Positions 40,468-50,834 of a stretch of 64,000 bases of DNA are shown here, one piece after another (position 1 is the stretch's first letter; every line of letters starts with the position of its first letter). The position numbers and the translations under genes are program-made. This DNA comes from Basidiobolus meristosporus CBS 931.73. Lineage: Eukaryota > Fungi > Basidiobolomycota. Below the pieces are notes generated by a model. That model did no database searches. It had not been told where the DNA came from and saw nothing but the letters and a program-made list of their open reading frames with translations. The stretch is taken from the NCBI GenBank assembly GCA_002104905.1, contig MCFE01000406.1, positions 1 through 64,000 of the forward strand, read 5' to 3'.

Positions 40468-41061
40468 ATGTTGGCAATTACCAGTAAATTATCCTTGGCT
40501 ACTCGCCGCGTTGCCACTCCTGTCTTGAGCAGGTTCATGAGCGTTAAGCCTACCAGCGTTTACTCCGAAAATGCTCCTGCTGCTATCGGTCCTTACTGTG
40601 AGTGGACGCTCTCTACTATGCCTAATAGTCTTTCTTCGAACTAATGTCTGGATTTCTCTACCGAAGCCCAAGCCATGACTGCCAACGGCTTCATCTTTGT
40701 GTCTGGTCAACTTCCAGTTAACCCCAAGTCCGGAAACATCGAATCTAACGACGTAAAGGAGCAAACTGTAAGCTGTAGAACCTATTGGTCTCCTACATAC
40801 CCCCGACTAAAACAAACTTCATTGCAGCGTCAATCCCTCACCAACATTCGTGCTATCCTTAAAGAGGCCGGTGCCGACTTCAGCAACGTCTTGAAAACCA
40901 ACGTATTCCTGAAGGACATGAATGATTTCGCCTCGATGAACGAAGTATACGCTGAACTTATGGGCGAATCCCGTCCCGCTAGAGCCGCCGTTGAAGTGGC
41001 CCGTCTCCCCAAGGACGCCCTTGTTGAGATTGAGTGCGTTGCTGTTGTCAGCAAGCAATGA
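40468..41061 (+). CDS. RidA/YjgF/UK114 2-iminobutanoate deaminase (Mmf1/Hmf1-like), 2 introns
   Basis: [11 protein letters not shown]...FIFVSGQLP...[21 protein letters not shown]...[24 protein letters not shown]. Confidence 0.95.
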
Positions 41062-41546
41062 TAGATTCCCCAAATTTTCCACCCATTGCAACATGCCTCA
41101 TTCATATACTCTATATATAAACTGCCATTCCAATGTATTTCCTTTCTTTGTGAAGCCTACGGTTTTTGAGAGGGTGTGTTCATAGAAGCTGGTACTTAGA
41201 CAGGCTCATGGGGGATGTATATTACACTGGTTTACTGATGACCATTAGCGGAGGTATTTGTGGCCGTGTAATGGTGTGTTGTTGAGTAGGCCTTACCTCG
41301 CGGCAAGTCGCAGAAACATGCAGAGATGCAGCTATCGTTCTCAATTGACCATGAACATGTAGACCGGATAATCAGAAAAAATCGACTTTTCAAGCTGATT
41401 CAATCAACCAATACCATTGGCCAGAATGGTATGATTCCAGGCCTGTTGGAAATTGAGGAATAAAGTGTCTGAAGCTTCTCTCCCCGAATACCTCTCTCTG
41501 GGCGTTTAGACCGTTTTAGCAAAGTCGACCACGAACGAACTTCAAC

Positions 41547-42306
41547 ATGGTGAGTTTTCATTCCACAAACCACTTTCGCCCGCTTGCTGAATGAGTATTT
41601 GGAATATCATTCAAATCCCTGTTTCGCCCAAGCGTCGACTGTGGGTTAGCTGCAGGTTTCATCAATTATCACTTTCGCATCCATACATCCCTTTGATACT
41701 ACTGTCCGTACCAATTTTGTTACAAAGCGTCCAATACCATTCATAACGCACTGGACTAACTCTCTAGTTGTACAGGCCGTAGAAGCATCCTCCTCTACCA
41801 ACCCTATGCGTGAGCTACGCATTGAAAAACTAGTCCTTAATATTTGCGTCGGAGAGTCTGGTGATAGACTTACCCGTGCTGCCAAGGTGTTGGAACAATT
41901 GACCGGTCAGACCCCTGTCTACTCTAAAGCTCGCTACACTGTCCGCAGTTTCAGCATCCGTCGTAATGAAAAGATTGCTGTCCACTGTACCGTTCGTGGT
42001 CCTAAGGCTGAGGAGATCTTGGAACGTGGTCTTAAGGTCAAGGAATATGAATTGAAGAAGTCCAACTTCTCTGCCACCGGTAACTTCGGCTTCGGTATTC
42101 AGGAACACATCGATTTGGGCATCAAGTATGATCCTTCCATCGGTATTTATGGTATGGATTTCTTCGTTGTCCTAGGCCGTCCTGGTTTCCGTGTTGCCCG
42201 CAGAAAGAGATGTCAATCCAAGGTCGGCTTCTCTCACCGCGTCACCAAGGAAGAGACCATGAAGTGGTTCAAGCAGAAGTATGATGGCATCATCTTGAAC
42301 AAATAA
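41547..42306 (+). CDS. RPL11: 60S ribosomal protein L11 (uL5); first coding exon is the ATG only, intron 41550-41775
   Basis: [34 protein letters not shown]...[31 protein letters not shown]|GTGAGT donor and TACAG acceptor restore [14 protein letters not shown]. Confidence 0.98.
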
Positions 42307-42818
42307 TTCCCTATTTGATCTCTATTCTTTTTGAACAAGATCAATTAAATAAACTAATACCGACCTAGAAAGACTTAAACGTATGTTCTTAGCCTAACCA
42401 TCGTCAGTGCCACCAGTAGGAAAGAGTGGGGCCCATTGCATACCCAGCTAAATTCCAAAACTTCATGGTATACGAAGTTATTTGCGCTCAACATTTGTAG
42501 CTACGCAGTGCTTCCTCCCCAAAGCATTAATCAGTCGTCTCTGATAGACATCCCACGCCGTACCAAGCTATTCCTCGCGTGGTTAAAATACAAACGTACA
42601 CTGCCATACTCGACATCATATCCAAATAATGATTAAGCATATTGTGAAATGTTACGGGTTTATGTGCCATAGAGAGTAGCGTGTGACATGGAGAATGTAT
42701 ACGATATCTTGAAAAGGGCAGAAAGATAGAGGCGTATGAATGAAAGCCAATCTTGTGAAGGATTGATGACAGCTCAGAACAAGATAAGCTTCGCAACGAA
42801 GGAAGCGAACCGTATTGT

Positions 42819-43291
42819 TTATTCCTGCTTAGCTTGCTTCTCCTCAAGCTCCTGCTTGCGCTTTAACTTCTGCATATTTCTAAAGCGGCGCATGTAACTA
42901 AAACAAAAATGAATCAGAGAGTTCCCTTCCGGTGAACAAGGCATCCCGCACAGAATCACCGAATAAGTGCTGCAGTCACGGGTCTTTGATAAAAGTTGCA
43001 CTTACTCGTCATATTGGCACTTTTCATAACCATGACGCTCGTCCTCACACTTCCAGGGAAGGTACCAAGAGGCTTCACGGCATTTGTTCAAAGGAATAAG
43101 AAGATGTGCACAGCTATCACGGAAAGCCAAAGGAATGCGCGCATCTGCCATTTCTTTTTGGGTGGCAATCATTGGTGGGGGTGCCTCTAGAGTGAAATCT
43201 TTGAAGAGGATCGGTGAAGTAGGCAGGTCAGATCACATTAGGGATTGGGTTATATCTTGGGGATGCACTAACCTTCAGCTTCAGTAGCCAT
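42819..43291 (-). CDS. NDUFB7: Mitochondrial complex I accessory subunit NDUFB7 (B18/NB8M), 2 introns
   Basis: Spliced ...PPPMIATQKEMADARIPLAFRDSCAHLLIPLNKCREASWYLPWKCEDERHGYEKCQYDDYMRR..., the twin CX9C B18 signature. The main exon is absent from the ORF track. Confidence 0.95.
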
Positions 43292-43701
43292 GTTTATATA
43301 AGTACTTCACAAGCAACTGACGACAAACAGGTGAGGAAGTATATATGGTTTAGAAACTTTCGGGCCTGAGGCATGAGAATCTAGTATGGAATTGGCTACA
43401 TGTTGGGGTCTTTTGGGGTAAAGGCCCCCTTCATTTTTCCAGATGCAAGAAATCTATATGCGGGGTAATAAAACGTGTATTAAACAAACGGTTTAATGCG
43501 ATCATAACTTCATGGCTAGATACTTCATCCCAATACTAAATTTGTCGATTTATTTGAACACAGCTTTATGTTAGATTTAAATAGACCATTATCAAGGACA
43601 GGACGGTTAAGGATTATGGAGACTATTATCTAGGGACACCGTAGCAGCTTGCTCAAGGGGTTATATAGTAAATATCTACCGAGCATCGAGTGTATTCCAC
43701 G

Positions 43702-45489
43702 TTATAGAATGTAGATAATTCGCTTGTTAGTAATAAACATACGCAATGTAAAGTCAATTATCAGCCACTTGAACTTAGAGTGACGAGGACATCCAATTCC
43801 TAAAATGTATCGAGTATTATATATCACCATTACGGGTACAATAGGTATTAGAGATGTGTACCTAGCCAATTCATTTTTCATTAAAAACGCTATGGCAACG
43901 GTAGATACAGAGGCTGACAGTGCCAGGACAGCAAGGATTCGATTGGCATTTTTGCCAAGATAATTGTGACGGGGGTCTCGCTTTTGGGCAGGAGGAAGCG
44001 GTTTACTGAGTATCTTGCGAACATGCTCTACATTTGGTTGATCGTCAATTCCGAGGTTTTCCCAATTCTTGCTATAAGTGTTGACTACAGATCTAAATAG
44101 AGCTACGACGTAAGTATTTGGCCTCAGTTGACGCGAAAGGGCCTTACCGCTTGGGTAGCTCAAGTCCAGCAAGCGCTTGAAGTTTACTTGGTGGATATTT
44201 CGCTAATAAATCCAATGTTTTTGATAAAAGTGCATCTACGTTTGCTCCTTGTGGGAATTTGGAGAGGAATGTATGGACCATCGCGTATTCACATTCACAA
44301 TCCAGAAGCTCATCTTTACGGCTTAACACAACCTTGAGGTGACAGTTAGAGTCAAAGAACAGATCAGCCAACAGCTTAGTCACTCACACTAGCAGCAAAA
44401 TACACCGGCGCTAATGGGTTCACCGAAAGAAAGAAATCGAACAAACGTGTAACTTTGGAAAAATCATTCAAGTCGTGGCTGCACCATGTCAGAACCCAGC
44501 TGAGACAGAAATATGGTGGTGTCTCCGATCTATTATTCACGCTGTTAAGAGGGCTTCAAGCATGTTTGGCTAAATGATTCACTTTACTTTAGTAAGAAAT
44601 TGCTGACTTGCGAATCTTCTTGCGCCAAAATGGTTTGCATCAAGGCTAGTTGGCTCATCACCGGCTCCAAGGAATCAGACATTGCATCCGTGTAGTTGAG
44701 TTAAGAATCTTGTCTAATATGGGAAATAGCAACGAGGAAGATTATACGAAACGAAAGGATATCTCAGGAAAAATAGTGCCATATTCTGGGCCGCTTCAGC
44801 AGCCTTATCTGGTCCCAAGACTAGAAGCAGACAGGTACATATGTCATGAAATCCCTAAAAGCACTGCAAATTAGAACAACAACAGCATAAATGACCAGTA
44901 TAATATCGATTGACATGCCTGGTAATAAGATAGTTCAGGATTGTTCCTTAGGACCTGGGTTATTACCGAGGTAAGTTCTTTTCGTTTTTCAGCTCGCCAC
45001 GTCTGTCGAGTATCCGCTAGATAATATTTATCAGCTGAAAATCTCCAACAATTAACAGAAAAAGTAATACCTGTGGGCAATTTTCCTAAAGATCTTTTGA
45101 CATCTAAGTCTACTTGGGATTCATCTTTATGGGGCATACCTAAGAAGCATACAACGTTACAAAATTTCCTTTTGGTAACTAATCTTCCAACGAATTACTT
45201 ATTGTAGAATTTATCTGTGTTTTATCGCAGTGAAGAATCAGAGGCCTTGATCGAGAAACCGTTATTGACGAATCGCGTATGAAACAGGCTCACATAAGAA
45301 CCAGTACCAAGATAATCTTCGAAGCCCATCATTTAGTAAACCTGGCCCAGTTGTCGCCAGCATCTTTAAGCTAGCAATATCTTTGTTGCGAATAGCATCG
45401 TTTATTAGTCCTACTCTCAGCTGTCGTTTATCTCGAGAGTTCTTGGAAGTATTGGTCCGATGGAGGGTTTTTTTCCTATGCTTAACCAT
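43702..45489 (-). CDS. TBC-domain Rab GTPase-activating protein, TBC1D20/Gyp8-like, with C-terminal TM; ~8 introns including one AT-AC and one GC-AG
   Basis: GLLNDGLRRLSWPLIL, QVDLDVKRS (Arg finger), LSYYQGFHDIC (Gln finger), FLRDAM, PYFCLSWVLTWCSHD...VTRLFDFFL, ECEYAMVHTFLSKFP, hydrophobic tail. Confidence 0.92.
44690..44762 (-). other. U12-type (minor spliceosome) AT-AC intron, 73 nt
   Basis: 5' site ATATCCTTT, branch site TTCTTAAC (44707-44700) about 10 nt from a CAC 3' end. Removal gives LFFL-R-DAM in frame; retention causes a frameshift and an in-frame TAG. Confidence 0.92.
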
Positions 45490-46321
45490 TTGTAACTTCA
45501 ATATGATGGCACAAGTTGCTTTTGGTAAGTCAAACTGTATTCTTCATTGACAACGTTCAGGCAAGAATGCATTATGGTGGAGGAATTGCATATGATCTTC
45601 CATATTGCGCATAAATTAATTCGAATATCGTAAGCGGGAATGCTTGGCGTTAACCACGAAATTATCCAACTTAATCACCAACCGCCACCTCATCAATGTT
45701 CATCGATATCTCTGCAGGCCAGGGCTGATTTTAAATTCGATGCAATGAACCAGAGCAGAAACATTGCAAATTTTGTATTACCAAGACCGTTTCCCTGTGG
45801 CAAACGGATCTTGCTAATCACCAATCTCCACTTTCCCAACTTTCGTATATTCGCACAGCGACCATATCCACTCATCACGGCGCATACATATGAGACATGG
45901 GTTTCTTCCAATCCTTACAATGGGTGTCCTATATAAATATACCAGAACATCAGGCCCATCCATGCAGTGCGTGAACTAGTACCTTCTATTTGGTACTCTC
46001 GGGTAACCTAAACTTTAACAGAGTTAATCAATTAGTAAAAGCCTGTCCGGCCATTGGCTGGTGCGCAATACCTTGGAGCTCACCTATGCGAATGAAAATC
46101 CAGGATTCTTCAGAGTACGCCATTGTGAATAGGTTTAATAAGCTTACTATATTAAGCATGAATGGGTGTTCCTGGTACATTTGCCCTCCGAGGTAACACC
46201 GACTTGTTCTATATTTATGAGTAAGCTATAAAAGCCAATTGCCAAACCACTTTTGTTTAAGCTTTATATTGCCCACAAATCTGGTCGCCAGATTGATGGG
46301 AAGAACCACAATTAACCAGCC

Positions 46322-48595
46322 ATGTTTTCCATATTACCCCTATACAAAAGTGAAAAAACCAACGTGCAGAGAACTTGTCAGTTTCCAAGGCCCACCCGAC
46401 GATACACACAGCTCTTACTGATTGGAATTGGAACCTTTTTTGTATACATTGTATTCCGTCTTCTCACACCTCATATTAGCCCCAGCCCGAGCTCCTTAGT
46501 ACACAACTCGGAAGAACCATTAGATCCCAACTGTCCTGGTATCTTTGCCTCCAACAACTCCCATGTTGCTCGATATTCCACCTCTTCAGGTGGCAGTTGC
46601 TCTGCTTTCGAAAATCTTGAACACTACAATCTATCTGAACAACGACGTGAAAAGATCAAAGCTGGCTTTCTTCATGCTTGGAACAACTACGTGGAAAAAG
46701 CAATCGGTTGGGATGAAATATCACCAGTTACGGGAGCACCTAATAATAGGTTACTAGTTACTTATCTAATGACCGTCGAAGCAATATCGACTAACTTATG
46801 TTGAATTTTTTTCCGCACAGGTTCAACGGGTAACGACTAAAATGCTCAACTAACCCTCCCCAACTGGTGCCCAACTGACGCATTGTTTATAGATGGGGGG
46901 CCACACTATTTGATTCTCTGGATACGATGCTAATCATGGGCTTGAGGTCGGAATTCGACCAAGTTATGCAATATGTCAAGGAGGTTGACTTTTCCAAAAG
47001 CGTAAGTAGTCTTTGCTCCGCATGCTTATGGACTGAGATTGATCTTTCCTCCAGAGCGGGGTCAACTTCTTCGAGACCACCATTCGGTATCTAGGGGGGT
47101 TAATTAGTGCTTACGAGTTATCTGGCAACCCGATACTGCTAGACAAAGCTCAACAGTTGGGAGAAAATCTTTTGAAAGCCTTTCACACGAATTCCGGGTA
47201 TCCGTACAACAATGTTGATTTTCAATCGTAAGTGATGTTTAGTAAGATCCTTATCGCTTTGGCAGCTCTAACATAGATTGTCTACTTAGCACGACGGATA
47301 TCCCATTACATAATGGAAGATGCGTATTGGCTGAGATAGGATCATTTCAATTGGAGTTTAGGAAATTAAGTGAGCTAACAAATAACCCGATATTCCTTGA
47401 AAAGGTATGGGGTCCGTTGAATTTCTTATGGGCTTGGCTGATCCACCATTTCTAGAGTCAAAAAGTGATTGATACACTGGATAAGATTGAAAAGCCTTAC
47501 CCTGGGCTGATTCCAGTTAGCCTAGACCTTGATACTGGCAAGGCACTGAAAGGTAATCCTCTGTTCCAGGTGGCAATTTTCTTAATTTTTCCCTTACCAT
47601 TGATGACAATAGATACGATCTCTTTTGGTGCATTGGGCGATAGCTACTATGAGGTAATTTGCCAGTCAATCTCTTTATTGGTGGACGTACCTAATGTAAT
47701 GTGGGATAGTATTTGCTGAAGCAGTATTTGTTGACTGAGAAGTCTGTAGACCAGTATCGGCGAATGTGTAAGTGGCCTTCTAGGCAGCTGAAAGACACAC
47801 CTATTAATCCTTTTATCCTAGATGAGTCCTCAATTGATAGCATGAAAAAATACATGATAGCCGAGGCCCGCGGACAGACCTATTTGTCGGCGTTGAACAG
47901 TCAATCGGTGATTGAGAAGTCCATGGAACACTTGGTGTGTTTGATTTTTTGATTCCTAATGCTTGCTGGTAAAGTTTCGCTAATGGGATGGTGAAACAGA
48001 CTTGCTTTACTCCAGGCCTCCTTGCCTTAGGGGCAAAAACATTGGAACGCCCGGAGGATTTGGAGCTGGCAAAGAAGCTCGTGAAGACATGCTACGATGC
48101 CTATAGAACATCCGAAACTGGCCTCGGTCCAGAAAAAGTCAGATGGCTGGCGGATTCGGATTCGGTGGAACTTCTGAACCCAGATGATGCGAAGAGAGTG
48201 CTGGACCATGGGTTTTATTCGGATATACCCTACTACATACTGCGACCAGGTAATTCTCCTCAAATAGCTCGGGAAACCATTGCGATACTCACCCCTTGTT
48301 GTCCCCAGAAACCATCGAGAGCATCTTTTATCTGTACCGATTCACTGGCGATCGCAAGTATCAAGAGTGGGGGTGGCAGATCTTCACTGCGCTGGAAAAG
48401 GTTTCCCGGACTCAATTCGGTTATTCTGGACTGAACAACGTTCATGACCCCCAATCATTGGATAACAAGATGGAGAGCTTCTTCATGGCGGAGACCATGA
48501 AATACCTCTACCTGCTATTCTCATCACCGGACCTGATTAATCTGGAGAAATATGTATTCTCGACTGAGGCTCACCCATTCAAGATCAACCACTGA
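46322..48595 (+). CDS. MNS1: Class I alpha-1,2-mannosidase (GH47, Mns1-like), type II membrane protein, ~10 introns
   Basis: N-terminal TM, then FLHAWNNY...[100 protein letters not shown]. Confidence 0.95.
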
Positions 48596-49049
48596 ACCTG
48601 AGCATGTATAGAGTGAACTTTGGATATTGTTACGGACTTTTCATATAAAAAGTACACGCGGCAAGCCCAATCGTGCCTTGTAGCTTGATCATCTAGTACA
48701 ATTCAGAAGCTCAGCCGCACCTTTGCTCCCTTGGTGCCCGGCTCGTCAGCAACAAATACCGAATCGGGGATGTTTGATGGTTTTCTATAGTTTACTGCAT
48801 GGATCAAGATTATTCACTCAGATAGTTGAGGGAGTGGTGTAGGGTTTGTAATATAGGTTAGTGGCCGGGAAAGGTGCTTAGAGGAATGCTCCACTTCAAT
48901 CTGAGTCGTATGCTCTAAAGAGTAGTCTATAGCCGAGGCCAAAAAGGGAATTGAATCGGCACGTATGGGTCGAATAATTAAACGTAGGTGAGCTATGTGA
49001 TAGGTTTGGTGAGATAAAAAGTGTAATGCGCCTGACATGGTTCTCTAAG

Positions 49050-49787
49050 CTACCAGATCTGAACCTCCTCATCAAAATAGGTTTGGTATCGTTGTTGATG
49101 TGCCTTGCGTATACCAGGAAAAGGAAAGGTGAACCGTTGGCTACTCAGTAGAATATCGATCTGAGGATCACATAAGGCGGGGGTGCGGGATGCACGCGTG
49201 GGCTGGATGACAGGCTTTGGATCGGAAATTTCACTTTGTAGCATGATGGAAAGTAGTGACACCCTATTTGGGGGCGTGCAGCTTGGTATGATCTTTTCGA
49301 AACAAAGTTCGGATTCCACAGACGCGGCCTCTGGTATAGGTATCGAATTACTGAGGTTCTGTTCAGATATCTCGTCCGAACCATGAGGTGGTCGATCATT
49401 CCTGATCTTCGATGTTTCAACCTGAGAATGTAGCTCATCAGTGTCATGTCCACTTGAGCCTGTCATGAGACTGGGTATAAGGCCAAAATCATCATACTCG
49501 TTGATGAAGCTCATGAGTTTCATCTCCATGTCCCTACCTGCGGCAGCCATAATCCGCTCGAAGCCGGTCATTGGGCCAGTCCCCTCCGAACCCACAGGGG
49601 GGTGGCTGTTGGTGGGTTGGGAGTTGGGCCGGAAACACTCCTTGTCCTGGATTGCCTCGCTTCCTTTGGACACTCTGATGGCTCCTTTGTATGGGAGCTC
49701 AGGATGTACTCCTCCTGGATAGGACTTGTTCATAGTCCCAATCATTTGAACTAACCTTGTTGCACACGCATCAGCTTTAACTACCAT
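49050..49787 (-). CDS. Hypothetical protein, low-complexity S/P/E-rich, no recognisable domain
   Basis: Uninterrupted 253-codon frame with first ATG at 49787; an acceptor-like CTCCAG near 49812 suggests a possible upstream exon. No motif recognised. Confidence 0.35.
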   Translation of the reverse strand: MVVKADACATRLVQMIGTMNKSYPGGVHPELPYKGAIRVSKGSEAIQDKECFRPNSQPTNSHPPVGSEGTGPMTGFERIMAAAGRDMEMKLMSFINEYDDFGLIPSLMTGSSGHDTDELHSQVETSKIRNDRPPHGSDEISEQNLSNSIPIPEAASVESELCFEKIIPSCTPPNRVSLLSIMLQSEISDPKPVIQPTRASRTPALCDPQIDILLSSQRFTFPFPGIRKAHQQRYQTYFDEEVQIW

Positions 49788-50834
49788 ATTCGGATCAAAC
49801 TGTAGAAGCACTGGAGAGGAGGAGGGGCGCTATGGTGCCAGAGGAAGAAAAGGAAGGGTGGATTTCTGCTTGTTACCGTGGGCTCACTCTACACACGAGG
49901 CTGATGTGTGCTACCGAACGATGGATGTATGAATAGAACAAATTAAGTGTGAAGGCGCCCAAGCAGGTTAATAAATAAGATATTGTAGAAACATTGCCCC
50001 GTTTCAAAGAATATGGGCCTTTTTGGCTACATTAACTTTAATAGCTAGCGTGAGCCGAGATTGGTTGGAGTATTGGTGCTATTGCAACTAAACCCTGTCG
50101 AAAAATTGGAACCGCGTTTCGACTTCGTAAGAGATGTGGTTACAAAATAACAATCGTGCCATTGTTTTCGGTCAGGAGAGATATCGATGCTAGGCTGCCA
50201 ATGTGAGGAGGCCTGGAAATATTGTCAAAGGGCCTCAAACAAACCGATCAACAGGGTGGATGAAGCTAGATATGGCTACGGTCCCTGAGCACGAGGCTCG
50301 ATTTGGTCTACTGACCATCAAAACCATCTTCGTTTTATAATCGCACACTAAGATAGCATATGGAGCCCAAAGCACAATTCATTTGGAGACATTCCTCATT
50401 TAAGCATGCATGGTAAGTCCACACTCGTCGCTAGGCAGAGTGGGAGCACACGATAATATGCCGAATTATTAAAAACAACAATCGAGCTCAAGAGTGCATT
50501 GTTCGCCATGATTATACAACTCAATGCTAACCCAAGTTGGAGACTGAACAGCTTTTGAGCATCTTAATATGCACAGATCCCCTATACAAAAGACTTCCTC
50601 ATGGTAGTTCGGGTAAACCTCATTGGGTGCTGCTATCGCAAAATCGGTGTATAATAGAGATGATTAGAGTGCTTTATTCCAGAATAAATGTACATAGCAG
50701 GGTATTTGAAGTGCCATTGATGGTGATTGCGAACGGGAGAAGCGAGTATTAAAGCAATCAGTACTTGATGGGCGTGAGGGACGGAGAAAACTGGCAAGTC
50801 TTCAAAATGGTATGTCAATCGTCAGGAATTGTGT

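Noticed and set aside
46214-46226. TTATGAGTAAG, similar to the U12 snRNA 5' region
   Set aside because: The branch-recognition sequence GTAAGGA is broken (GTAAGCT) and the downstream stems and Sm site are absent.
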